From positions 1,020,001 to 1,052,000 of the forward strand of contig NZ_CP064923.1 of NCBI RefSeq assembly GCF_018336915.1: a stretch of 32,000 nt of DNA. The letters are read 5' to 3'. Position 1 is the first letter of the stretch. Each line of letters opens with the position of its first letter. This stretch comes from Acaryochloris marina S15. GTDB lineage: Bacteria; Cyanobacteriota; Cyanobacteriia; Thermosynechococcales; Thermosynechococcaceae. Shown piece after piece: positions 19,463-28,451 of this stretch. The position numbers and the translations under genes are program-made. The notes under the pieces were generated by a model, which was not told the DNA's origin, searched no databases, and saw only the letters and a program-made list of their open reading frames with translations.

Positions 19463-20878
19463 TTATGAGCTAGCCTTAGAGATTTGGCGGACATCCGCAA
19501 CCTCACCTTTGATGGCCGCGGCCACTACCATGGCCGGACTCATCAGCAAGGTTCGTCCAGAGGCTGACCCCTGCCGTCCTTTGAAATTCCGATTAGAAGA
19601 AGAAGCACTCAGCTGCCGCCCTTGAAGTTTATCGGGATTCATGGCCAAACACATGGAACATCCCGGCTCTCGCCATTCAAATCCAGCTTGTTCAAAAATA
19701 TGATGTAACCCTTCAGATTCGGCCTGCTGTTTGACTTGCTCTGACCCTGGCACCACAAATGCTTTTACCCCTGTTGCAACCTGGTGGCCTTGGGCAAACT
19801 GGGCAGCCTCGCGAAGGTCACTGATTCTGCCATTGGTACAACTGCCAATAAAACAAACATCCACCTTAGTCCCTTGAATCGGTTGCCCCGGCTGCAAATC
19901 CATATATTTGTAGGCTTCAGAGGCAATGGGCTGATCGGCATCCGTAAAGTGGTCGAGACCAGGAATCGACTCATCAATGCCAATGCCCTGACCCGGCGTA
20001 ATACCCCAGGTGACAGTGGGTGAGATATCCTGGGCATCAAAAACGATCACATCGTCATACACTGCATCTGTATCACTGCGAATACTCTGCCACCACTCCA
20101 CCGCTCGGTCCCAATCTGCACCTTTAGGGGAGGCTTCCCGCCCCTTGAGATACTCAAAGGTAATGGCGTCAGGATTGATATAGCCACAGCGCGCTCCCCC
20201 TTCGATGGACATATTGCAGACGGTCATCCGCTCATCCATACTCATTTGCTCAAACGTGGTTCCGGCAAATTCATAGGCATAGCCCACGCCCCCTTTCACG
20301 CCAAGGGTCCGAATGATGTGCAAAATCACATCTTTGGCATACACGCCAGGCGGCAAAGTACCGTTGACTTCAACTTTGCGCACCTTGAGCTTGGCGAGGG
20401 CGAGGGTCTGGGAAGCGAGCACATCTCGCACCTGACTCGTTCCAATACCAAATGCGATCGCACCAAAAGCCCCATGAGTCGAAGTATGGCTATCACCACA
20501 GGCAATCGTCATGCCCGGTTGTGTTAAACCTTGCTCTGGCGCAATGACATGCACAATGCCCTGCTTACCAGAGCCAATATTATGAAAGGTAATACCATGA
20601 TCTTGGCAGCTCTGCTCCAAGGCCTGCATCATTTCTTCTGCCAGCACATCGGCAAAGGGACGCGCCTGATTTTCCGTCGGTACAATGTGATCGACCGTTG
20701 CCACCGTTCGCTGTGGGTACAACACCTTTAGCCCCCGATCTTGCAGCATCGTAAAGGCTTGAGGGCTTGTCACTTCATGGATAAGATGGAGGCCAATAAA
20801 TAGCTGGGTCTGGCCAGAGGGGAGTACATCTACGGTATGTAAATCCCAAACTTTATCAAATAGGGTGCCCTGGCTCAT
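19463..20878 (-). CDS. leuC: 3-isopropylmalate dehydratase large subunit
   Basis: Aconitase-family motifs are present: [35 protein letters not shown] and GCSMCLAMN. Length is 471 aa. Confidence 0.95.
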   Translation of the reverse strand: MSQGTLFDKVWDLHTVDVLPSGQTQLFIGLHLIHEVTSPQAFTMLQDRGLKVLYPQRTVATVDHIVPTENQARPFADVLAEEMMQALEQSCQDHGITFHNIGSGKQGIVHVIAPEQGLTQPGMTIACGDSHTSTHGAFGAIAFGIGTSQVRDVLASQTLALAKLKVRKVEVNGTLPPGVYAKDVILHIIRTLGVKGGVGYAYEFAGTTFEQMSMDERMTVCNMSIEGGARCGYINPDAITFEYLKGREASPKGADWDRAVEWWQSIRSDTDAVYDDVIVFDAQDISPTVTWGITPGQGIGIDESIPGLDHFTDADQPIASEAYKYMDLQPGQPIQGTKVDVCFIGSCTNGRISDLREAAQFAQGHQVATGVKAFVVPGSEQVKQQAESEGLHHIFEQAGFEWREPGCSMCLAMNPDKLQGRQLSASSSNRNFKGRQGSASGRTLLMSPAMVVAAAIKGEVADVRQISKASS

Positions 20879-20989
20879 AAATCGAAGTCAATAATGGTAT
20901 CATCGGACTCCAATTTTATCTTAATTATGGAAAGGGGTTAGGGCAGATTCCGAGGGGTAGTGAAGGTTCAATGTGGAAAGACAGGTTCT

Positions 20990-21331
20990 ATGGGTAAGAA
21001 ACAGCGTCCTCAATCCGATCGCCAAGTGTACAGTGAATTTGGCAATGCTCAAGCGCCCGACCCAACGTCGCGTCCCGACCCACCCCCCGCTCAACAGACA
21101 TTAAAAATCCAGGTTTCCCGCAAGGGTCGTAAAGGCAAAACCGTAACGATTATCAGTGGATTTCAAAGCCAATCAGCAACACTTGCCGATTTAACGAAAA
21201 GGCTCAAAGCCCAATGCGGTGCAGGTGGCACCCTCAAAGACAAAGAAATTGAGGTCCAAGGCGATCATCGCCAAAAGCTCGCAGACTACCTCAAAAAACA
21301 GGGTTATCCAGTTAAATTTGTGGGTGGCTAA
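20990..21331 (+). CDS. SUI1/YciH-family translation initiation factor
   Basis: KGRKGKTVTIISGF...LKAQCGAGGTLKDKEIEVQGDHRQKLADYLKKQGYPVKFVGG. The track ORF begins at GTG 20960, and I prefer the in-frame ATG at 20990. Confidence 0.85.
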   Translation: MGKKQRPQSDRQVYSEFGNAQAPDPTSRPDPPPAQQTLKIQVSRKGRKGKTVTIISGFQSQSATLADLTKRLKAQCGAGGTLKDKEIEVQGDHRQKLADYLKKQGYPVKFVGG

Positions 21332-21385
21332 AGCTAGGTTTCAGACGTCGGTGGATGGCAGGGAAATAGGCACCCCAAAAGACAT

Positions 21386-21571
21386 CTAGTCCTGATTTCG
21401 TTCTAACGCATCTAAACGACGCATTTCACGAGCATTGTCTTGTTGCTCTAAGCGTTTGCGATCTAGGTCTCGCTCCACAGGCTTAAATTCCACAGAGCTT
21501 AAAGCCATCACTCTTTTACTTCGATTTCTTTGGCGTTTGGCCAGACGTTCGCGTTCAGTTTCTTCTTGCAT
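21386..21571 (-). CDS. Hypothetical small highly charged protein (61 aa)
   Basis: Supported by the ORF only. It starts at an ATG, is Arg/Glu/Lys-rich, and has no recognisable motif. Confidence 0.3.
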   Translation of the reverse strand: MQEETERERLAKRQRNRSKRVMALSSVEFKPVERDLDRKRLEQQDNAREMRRLDALERNQD

Positions 21572-21711
21572 TTCGGATGTATTCCAATGAATGAATAGGT
21601 TTCACTAGTCTAAATGCTAGCCACCCATTATGGGCCAACACTTTCCCTGGGCCAGGGCGTTAGAGACCTTGAGGACATGCTCAAACCCGATAAATCAACG
21701 CCCCCATGCCA

Positions 21712-22059
21712 TTAAACTCCAGCTGCCTGCAAACCAAAATAGGTTAATACCAGGTCTTCTTGCCCTGTATTCACCACCTCATGTACTTCATGGGGTTCTA
21801 CCGTGATACAAATACCCGGTGTTAAGGGATGAGCCATTCCTTCAATCTGCATCTGCCCCGTTCCGGCTTCCACAAAAAACACTTCATACATATCTGGATG
21901 GGAATGCGCTTTGGCCATTTGACCTGCAGGGAAACGAGCTTGCGAAAATTGAGTCAGTTGAGGAATATCCCCCGATCTCAACATCACCTTTTTAGAGATA
22001 GCAGCATTATGGCGAACAATTTCGTCAGGCAGAGTTTGAATTTGGGTGATTTTCATCAA
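21712..22059 (-). CDS. Cupin-domain protein
   Basis: Both cupin motifs are present: AHSHPDMYEVFFVEAGTG (HxH...E...G) and PGICITVEPHEVHEVVN (P.G...H...N). Confidence 0.8.
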   Translation of the reverse strand: MMKITQIQTLPDEIVRHNAAISKKVMLRSGDIPQLTQFSQARFPAGQMAKAHSHPDMYEVFFVEAGTGQMQIEGMAHPLTPGICITVEPHEVHEVVNTGQEDLVLTYFGLQAAGV

Positions 22060-22137
22060 AGTAATGAGGATTAGAGATTTCAGCGCACAGGACTTATAAA
22101 CGCAGTGTGCCTCGCCTTAGTGATAGCAAATAATCAC

Positions 22138-22401
22138 CTATGAAAGGTGCTGGGCATTGTCAGCAGAAACTTGAGGGACTCCATTTTGCCCAGAAGCATC
22201 GGGACTCACTTCAGATAGATAAAAAACCCCGTCTCGATCCAAATCGATAATGCCTTTGCCCCGCAAGTTCTGACAAATCCAACTCACCTTCCCAGAGGTT
22301 GAATGGGTTTGGCCAATTAAAGAGACTAAGGTCTGGGGCTTGTGGGAAATTAATTCAATGATTCGTGCGGTCAGTGAATCTTCTTCTTTCGCAGAAACCA
22401 T
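22138..22401 (-). CDS. Small winged-helix-like protein (87 aa), hypothetical; start corrected
   Basis: The track ORF (22138-22482) begins inside the tRNA-Val gene. The internal ATG at 22401-22399 gives MVSAKEEDSLTARIIELISHKPQTLVSLIGQTHSTSGKVSWICQNLRGKGIIDL..., an AsnC/MarR-like HTH pattern. Confidence 0.45.
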   Translation of the reverse strand: MVSAKEEDSLTARIIELISHKPQTLVSLIGQTHSTSGKVSWICQNLRGKGIIDLDRDGVFYLSEVSPDASGQNGVPQVSADNAQHLS

Positions 22402-22440
22402 TGAGCCCCCCAACCACCCTGACCAGAAAATGGTAACGAA

Positions 22441-22514
22441 TGGACACATCCCGACTCGAACGGGAGACCCCCACGATGTCAACGTGGTGCTCTAACCAAC
22501 TGAGCTATGCGTCC
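22441..22514 (-). tRNA. tRNA-Val (anticodon GAC)
   Basis: Folded by hand as GGACGCA-TA-GCTC-AGTTGGTTA-GAGC-A-CCACG-TTGACAT-CGTGG-GGGTC-TCCCG-TTCGAGT-CGGGA-TGTGTCC-A. All four stems pair (one G-U in the acceptor stem). The T-loop is TTCGAGT, and CCA is not encoded. Confidence 0.9.
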
Positions 22515-22545
22515 GTAGACATTAAAATTATCACACGTAGAGAGT

Positions 22546-22908
22546 TTATGTAAACTGAGCATCACTGGAGTTCGCCCTAAGTCCCTCCTCTACATACCCA
22601 GGCACTACATCTTGGAGATGCTCGACTAAGTCTGGGTCCATGTACTGATAATCATCTGGGATATCCAGAATATGAATGGGGGTATGGTCCACCCATTGCT
22701 TAAATTGGGCTAGAATTCGATTTTTATGCTTCTTCTCCATCACTAGGATCACATCGGCCCAACGAATATCGGCCATCGAAAGGGTCCGTTTAGCCTTGGG
22801 ACTGGTACCTGCGGATCGCACCTGCAAGCCTGAATGATTTTTCCAGACTTGCTCTGCGGTTGGGCTGCGCCACTGGTTACGACTACAGACAAACAATATC
22901 TTCAGCAT
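22546..22908 (-). CDS. Low-molecular-weight protein-tyrosine-phosphatase-like protein
   Basis: N-terminal CX5R(S/T) P-loop: ILFVCSRNQWRSPTAE. Size is 120 aa. Confidence 0.8.
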   Translation of the reverse strand: MLKILFVCSRNQWRSPTAEQVWKNHSGLQVRSAGTSPKAKRTLSMADIRWADVILVMEKKHKNRILAQFKQWVDHTPIHILDIPDDYQYMDPDLVEHLQDVVPGYVEEGLRANSSDAQFT

Positions 22909-22921
22909 CTTTGTGATGTTA

Positions 22922-23203
22922 TCAAACGTCTTCTATCTCTAAAAGCAAGTCTCGCCAGGGTTTACGGGGATAGTCAAACCCGAACTGCGCTGCTCGTTTT
23001 AGCTTTCTGGAACGCCAATATAGTAGCCTCCAGGCTTTGCTAGGTCTTGCCTGGGTAGGCTCTCCATAGGATGGGTAGCCTTTGACTTTTGCAAAACGGC
23101 CGCGATTCACAGTTTGACCACTCAGATGACGGGTTTGGCGATGCCGAATCTTGACGGCTCGCTGTCGTCGTCTCCAAGCGCGATCGCGTTGGGTATTCAT
23201 CAT
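22922..23203 (-). CDS. Hypothetical very basic protein (~93 aa)
   Basis: The track ORF extends to 23278. I prefer the ATG-ATG at 23203-23198 (MMNTQRDRAWRRRQRAVKIRHRQTRHL...). The protein is extremely Arg/Lys-rich and ends 13 nt before the phosphatase-like gene. Confidence 0.4.
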   Translation of the reverse strand: MMNTQRDRAWRRRQRAVKIRHRQTRHLSGQTVNRGRFAKVKGYPSYGEPTQARPSKAWRLLYWRSRKLKRAAQFGFDYPRKPWRDLLLEIEDV

Positions 23204-23299
23204 TATTCTCTGGTTTATCAGCAGTAGCAGCCGCGATAAGATCCAAAGACAAGGCAATTCGGTATCAACCGAACTCAATCCTAACCGAAGAAAACGGGC

Positions 23300-24166
23300 T
23301 CAATCAAAAACGACGGTGCGATGGTTATAGACCAAGACCCGGTTCTGCAGGTGAAGACGAACCGCTCTGGCCAACACTGAACGTTCTACATCTTTACCCT
23401 TACGGATAAATTCGTCACTAGAATCCCGGTGGCTAACCCGCACCACTTCTTGTTCAATGATGGGGCCTTCGTCCAAATCTTCGGTGACGTAGTGGGCCGT
23501 GGCACCAATAATTTTGACGCCTCGTTTATAGGCTCTCTGGTAAGGGTTCGCTCCTGGGAAGGCAGGCAGGAAGGAGTGATGAATATTGATGGTGGAGGAG
23601 AAGGCGGCAATAAATTGAGGACTGAGGATTTGCATGTACTTGGCAAGGACGACCAAGTCGATGTTGTATTGCTTGAGTAAGGCCAGCTGCTGTTTCTCTT
23701 GCCGAGCTTTACTCTCTTTGTTGACAGGTAAGTGGTAAAAGTCGATGTTGAATTGTTCGGCAATCGGTTGCAGGGTGTTGTGGTTGCTGATGATCAGGGG
23801 AATCTCGACGGGAAGATCGCCAGCCTGTTGTCGCCACAGTAAATCCAATAGGCAATGATCCTGCTTGCTGACCCAAATAGACATGCGAGGCTTACGGTCG
23901 GAAAAGTGTAGCTGCCAGTTGGCCTGTAAGGATTCTGCCAGTTCAGAGAATTGGGTACCGATTTGCGATCGCGATAACTGAAACCCATCTAAACTCCATT
24001 CCAGACGACTGAGAAACAGCTGATGGGTGAAATCTGTATGGTGATCGGCGTGGATGATGTTGCCATGGTGAATCGCAATAAAGTGGGCAATCTTCGCCAC
24101 TAACCCCTTTTGATCAGGACAGGAAATGAGGAGCGTCGCGGTTGGTGCCGACATAGCTTTTCCCAC
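23300..24166 (-). CDS. purU: Formyltetrahydrofolate deformylase
   Basis: ACT-like N-terminus (TLLISCPDQKGLVAKIAHFI) plus the formyltransferase core NIHHSFLPAFPGANPYQRAYKRGVKIIGATAHYVTEDLDEGPII. Position 24166 is a GTG; the ATG at 24154 is an alternative start. Confidence 0.92.
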   Translation of the reverse strand: MGKAMSAPTATLLISCPDQKGLVAKIAHFIAIHHGNIIHADHHTDFTHQLFLSRLEWSLDGFQLSRSQIGTQFSELAESLQANWQLHFSDRKPRMSIWVSKQDHCLLDLLWRQQAGDLPVEIPLIISNHNTLQPIAEQFNIDFYHLPVNKESKARQEKQQLALLKQYNIDLVVLAKYMQILSPQFIAAFSSTINIHHSFLPAFPGANPYQRAYKRGVKIIGATAHYVTEDLDEGPIIEQEVVRVSHRDSSDEFIRKGKDVERSVLARAVRLHLQNRVLVYNHRTVVFD

Positions 24167-24984
24167 AGATTACAACTGGTGCCAAGCTTACACACTTTAT
24201 CTCTCTGTTTCTAGTCCAAACTCTGAGTCTGATTTAGCTGGCTAATCCAAAGATTTTGTGGGTAAGTCAGTTCAGCATTCCCATATCAAAGAATCATTAT
24301 GCATTGAGGAATAGCTGTGAAATATTTAATGGGTTTTGAGAGGTTTCGTTCGTTCAACCTGACAGACAAATCTTGGCTACCAAAACTCAAACAAGATAAC
24401 TTTTTCTGAGTGGATTCACCCAATTCCTAGAAAATCATTAAGTTAGACATCTTGAACACATTACCGTTGTTCTACAACCCTAAATCAAATATTGAGCATA
24501 CATAGGCTATCTAGAAAATTATCATAAGCAGCATAATAAACTAACTACAATCATTTGATGTAGATTATTTGTAGATTAATTAAAATAGCAAAATAAACTA
24601 TATTAAATGAATCTCAAAAATAGTTGAACAATTTAATAAATACTAAGAAAAACAATCATATGCATTGCAGAGCATAGATTAAAATTTACAATTGACAAGA
24701 GTTTAAGTTAATTTATTAATTCAAAAATATGTATATTGGCTTACATAAAAACTTCATATATACACTTTTAAATATAAATCTACTTGCAAAAATAAACATA
24801 TCTAGTGAAAAACTACCATAAGTATTTGCACTGAAATACCATTATATAACTGAGGTAATTCACCTTAAATACATTCACAAAATCGAACATTAAGACACTA
24901 AAATATTCAGTGCGATTACTGAAGAAAACATAAAAATTACAAGCCAAGATAGTTGTAAGACTGATGGCTTAGAGTTCGCTAGTA
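24167..24984. promoter_or_regulatory. 818-bp non-coding, extremely AT-rich divergent control region (purU <-> hlyD-like/cellulose synthase-like operon)
   Basis: The track lists no ORF of 60 aa or more here. By hand count, 24541-24840 contains 64 G+C in 300 nt (~21%), against ~47-50% in flanking coding lines. It contains short direct repeats (see findings). Confidence 0.5.
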
Positions 24985-26280
24985 ATGACTTCTGGTATCG
25001 AGAATTTCCCCAATAATGATCCAACTTACCAATTAGACAAAGAGAAAGAAGCTCCCACACCATCTAAGCCTTTATCTTTGCCTTCTAGGCAAACCGTCTT
25101 TAAATTCTTGCGCCTAGGGACTGGGATTGGTGTTCTGGCAATTTTAGGGTCTTACCTGTGGCGTAGCCAAACCTCAGTGGTTAGCCACCAAGCCTATATC
25201 AATGCCCCTATCCTGTCCCTGCATTCTCCGATGCAAGGTCAGTTAACCCTCAACAATTTAACCCCAGGGGAAACCTTAACTGCTGGCACTCAAATTGGAC
25301 AAGTCCAAAATGTGCGTACTCCCGAAATAGAAGTCAATCGTCAACAACTTCAGTCGCAGTTGCGATTAAACCAATCTCAACTGCGACTCCTACAACAAAA
25401 AATTGCCAACCGACGACAACTCCTGGCTGAATTCTCACAAAAGTTAGTGTTACAGCAGAACTACCAAGCCACCTTTCATACTCAGCAAATCAGACTCCAA
25501 GAGGCCCAGCTACGGGATGCCCAACATGCAGCCAAGCTGGCGAATGTACAAGCTGAGCGGTACGGCTCCTTAGTCAAAGCAGGGGCGGTATCCCGAGATC
25601 GAGCAGACCAAGCCATGACTGCAGCCCAACGGGCCAATGAAGTGGTGCGAAATCGCCAGGCCGATCTGAGTCAAGCCCGAGCAGAGCAAGCTGCCAGTGC
25701 CAATGGTTTACAGCTCAGTGGCTCTAAGACCTTTAGTCTGCCCGATATTCGAGCCCGGGAACTGCGGACCGAGATTGCTGATTTAGAAGAGCAAGTCCAG
25801 GTCTTACGCACCCAAATTGAGCAAGATAATCTTAAAATCGCTCATATTTCCGAACAGCTCACCCTCAAGCAAAATGCACCCATTACAGTACCCACAGATA
25901 GCGTGGTGTGGTCTGTAGAACGGCGCAGTGGCGCTCTAGGACAACATGTGGATAGTGGTGACGCCCTCATTAAGCTATTGGATTGTAAGCAGGTCTGGGT
26001 CGATGCCTTTATGGCTGAAGAAGATGTTCGAAGCCTGCAAATAGGCTCTGCGGTCAATGTTCGACTACTCACCGATGGCCAGCAAGATCAAATTGAAGGT
26101 CGCATCCAATCCATTCGCTCCGGGGTAGGTCGAGTGGTCACCGGACAAGACGTCGCTCTGCCGCCTCCAGAATTAGTTAAACGCGCCGTTGCTGTGCGAA
26201 TCATGCTGGCTTCTGAGGACCTGAAGCCTGAACGGTTTTGTAGTGTCGGCCGCAGTGTCGAAGTTGTCGTCTCTCGCTAA
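24985..26280 (+). CDS. HlyD-family membrane-fusion (periplasmic adaptor) protein
   Basis: One N-terminal TM helix (LRLGTGIGVLAILGSYLW). A lipoyl-like half follows (YINAPILSLHSPMQGQLTLNNLTPGETLTAGTQIG), then a long Gln/Arg/Ala coiled coil. The second half is ITVPTDSVVWSVERRSGALGQHVDSGDALIKLLD...VWVDAFMAEEDVRSLQIGSAVNVRL. Confidence 0.85.
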   Translation: MTSGIENFPNNDPTYQLDKEKEAPTPSKPLSLPSRQTVFKFLRLGTGIGVLAILGSYLWRSQTSVVSHQAYINAPILSLHSPMQGQLTLNNLTPGETLTAGTQIGQVQNVRTPEIEVNRQQLQSQLRLNQSQLRLLQQKIANRRQLLAEFSQKLVLQQNYQATFHTQQIRLQEAQLRDAQHAAKLANVQAERYGSLVKAGAVSRDRADQAMTAAQRANEVVRNRQADLSQARAEQAASANGLQLSGSKTFSLPDIRARELRTEIADLEEQVQVLRTQIEQDNLKIAHISEQLTLKQNAPITVPTDSVVWSVERRSGALGQHVDSGDALIKLLDCKQVWVDAFMAEEDVRSLQIGSAVNVRLLTDGQQDQIEGRIQSIRSGVGRVVTGQDVALPPPELVKRAVAVRIMLASEDLKPERFCSVGRSVEVVVSR

Positions 26281-26288
26281 GGCCATCC

Positions 26289-28439
26289 ATGCTTAAACAG
26301 ACTGATATCGATTGGCTGGAACGGATTGTCTGGTGCTTAGTAATTATCCTAGGAGGCTTTTGGCTGTGGAGCCAGTTTCAAGAACGGTTGATCCTAGCTG
26401 ACTTAGCTACATTTTGGCGACAGATGCAGGCAGTGTTTACCCCTGAAGCCAATCGTCTGGATCGGTTACTATTGCCAACGGCTATCGGCGGCACCTTTGT
26501 TTTTTGTCTCAAAACCATTAGTCCCCAACCTCTGTTGTGGAGCCGTGCTACCATTTCCATTTTGTTAGTGGGACTAGGTGTACGGTATGAGCTGTGGCGG
26601 CTATTTAACACCTTAAATTTGTCCGATCCCCTCAATGGCACCCTCAGCATTTTGCTGTTTGTCATGGAGTTAATGGCTTTCACCAACACGGCAGCCTTTA
26701 TGCTGCAAACCATTCCCAGCATTGATCGCAGTCCCGAAGCCGATCGCCTGTCTCAAGCTGTCATCAGCGGCGCGTATCAGCCCTGGGTAGACGTTTTAAT
26801 TCCCACCTATAATGAGCCACCTGACGTCCTCCGACGCACCATTATTGGCTGTCAGGCCATGAAGTATGACCACAAGCGGGTCTATCTTTTGGATGATCTG
26901 CGACGTCCCCATATTCGCGAACTGGCTCAAGAGCTGGACTGCAACTACGTCATCCGTCCCAATAATGACCATGCAAAGGCAGGGAATCTCAATCATGCGA
27001 TCGCAAAAACAGACGGCGATTTAATCGTTGTTTTTGATGCTGATTTTATCCCCACCACCAACTTCTTGACCCGCACAGTCGGATTCTTCCAAGATGAGAA
27101 AGTCGCGTTATTACAAACCCCCCAGAACTTTTATAACGAAGACCCCATTGGGGTTAATTTGGGACTACAAGAGGTGCTCACTAACGAGCAAGCCCTGTTC
27201 TTTCGCTATATCCAACCCAGTCGGGATGTCACCAACTCCGTTATTTGCTGCGGGTCTTCCTTTGTGATCCGGCGCACGGCATTGGCTGAGATTGGCGGTA
27301 TTCCCACAGAAAGTATCACGGAAGACTTCTTTACCTCTTTGAAGTTGCAGTCCTTGGGCTACAAGATTAAATATCTCAATGAAGCCCTTTCAGCTGGCAT
27401 GTCGCCTGAAAATATGGGGGCTTATATTGACCAGCGTTTACGGTGGGGCCAGGGAACCTTACAATCCATGTTTTGCCCCGCCAATGTCTTCACCATTCCC
27501 GGCTTGAACCTATTGCAGCGAGTCTCCCATTCCCTGGGATTACTGTACTGGTGCCTTTCTGTCCCCCGGTTCATCTTTTTGGTGATGCCCCTGTCCTACC
27601 TACTCTTTGAGCTGGCTCCCCTGCGAGCAACGATTGACGGGGTTCTCTTTTTCTACCTGCCCTATTTTGTCTGTAATGCCATCTCTTTTTCTTGGATGAC
27701 GGAGGGACGGCGGTCGGCATTTTGGTCAGATGTCTATGAAACCATCCTCTGCATTCCCATGATGCTGACGGTCATTCAAACCCTGAGAAATCCCTTTGGC
27801 AAAGCTTTTAAAGTGACCCCTAAGGGCATTGCGGCTAATCGTTTACATATCAATTGGCATTTGCTATTGCCCCTAGTGGTCCTGATTGTGCTGTCCTTGT
27901 TCGGTTTGGGCATGCGCATTTTTTATGCCCCTTGGAGTACGGCCAATCCAGATAGCCTCAAAATCAACATTGTTTGGACCACCTATAACCTGATCCTCCT
28001 GTACATTTGCGTTCTGGTTAATATCGATGTGCCTCAGCGGCAGCATTCTCGGTTTGACCGTCAGTTTCCCTGCGAACTCCAAATCAATGGGGAATGGTTG
28101 TTAGGACGGAGCATCAATATTTCGGAAGGAGGAGCTGCCGTTCGCTTGAACCGGAAATGGAAACAACCGCCTGCCGATAAGTTAGGTCTACTGAGGATTC
28201 CGGGCTTAAAAACTGAGTTAAAAGTTGAAATTCGTTGGAAACAAAATAGCGATTCTGGACCGTTTTTTGTGGGATTGCGATTTATTGACTGTGATGTAGT
28301 GCAGTTGCGATCGCTCATTCCATTTCTCTACTGCCAACCCAACCAATGGACGGAACAAAAAGTCCCTGAACATTTAACCGTTTGGGCCCTCTTTCAGTCT
28401 GTATTCCGCCTCTATGCTTTAGCAGAAAGCCGTGGCTAG
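26289..28439 (+). CDS. Cellulose synthase-like family-2 glycosyltransferase with a C-terminal PilZ domain (BcsA/CesA-type)
   Basis: Processive GT2 motifs are present in order: LIPTYNEP, YLLDD, VVFDADFIP, LLQTPQNFYN, SITEDFFTSLKL and QRLRWGQG (QxxRW). TM helices flank the catalytic domain. PilZ motifs are RQHSR (28038-28052) and NISEGG (28116-28133). Confidence 0.9.
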   Translation: MLKQTDIDWLERIVWCLVIILGGFWLWSQFQERLILADLATFWRQMQAVFTPEANRLDRLLLPTAIGGTFVFCLKTISPQPLLWSRATISILLVGLGVRYELWRLFNTLNLSDPLNGTLSILLFVMELMAFTNTAAFMLQTIPSIDRSPEADRLSQAVISGAYQPWVDVLIPTYNEPPDVLRRTIIGCQAMKYDHKRVYLLDDLRRPHIRELAQELDCNYVIRPNNDHAKAGNLNHAIAKTDGDLIVVFDADFIPTTNFLTRTVGFFQDEKVALLQTPQNFYNEDPIGVNLGLQEVLTNEQALFFRYIQPSRDVTNSVICCGSSFVIRRTALAEIGGIPTESITEDFFTSLKLQSLGYKIKYLNEALSAGMSPENMGAYIDQRLRWGQGTLQSMFCPANVFTIPGLNLLQRVSHSLGLLYWCLSVPRFIFLVMPLSYLLFELAPLRATIDGVLFFYLPYFVCNAISFSWMTEGRRSAFWSDVYETILCIPMMLTVIQTLRNPFGKAFKVTPKGIAANRLHINWHLLLPLVVLIVLSLFGLGMRIFYAPWSTANPDSLKINIVWTTYNLILLYICVLVNIDVPQRQHSRFDRQFPCELQINGEWLLGRSINISEGGAAVRLNRKWKQPPADKLGLLRIPGLKTELKVEIRWKQNSDSGPFFVGLRFIDCDVVQLRSLIPFLYCQPNQWTEQKVPEHLTVWALFQSVFRLYALAESRG

Positions 28440-28451
28440 GGGACTGTCCCA

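Noticed and set aside
22402-22482. An N-terminal extension of the 22138-22482 ORF.
   Set aside because: It overlaps the hand-folded tRNA-Val gene on the same strand, and an internal ATG at 22401 gives a sensible start.
21332-22545. A possible integrated element or genomic island at the tRNA-Val 3' flank.
   Set aside because: There is no integrase, recombinase or phage-like gene. I also could not find a direct repeat of the tRNA 3' end anywhere in the window.
23386-23763. A 125-aa same-strand alternative-frame ORF inside purU, plus ORFs at 23429-23680 and 23794-23988.
   Set aside because: The purU frame carries the complete ACT and formyltransferase motifs. The alternatives are Ser/Pro/Thr-rich shadows.
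24731-24744. A GTA-N8-TAC (NtcA-type) palindrome upstream of the hlyD-like gene.
   Set aside because: I do not call it a feature. A 6-specified-base motif is expected by chance in ~800 bp of AT-rich DNA, and its distance to the nearest TAN3T box (~16 nt) is shorter than in typical NtcA-activated promoters. It is kept only as a note within the AT-tract finding.
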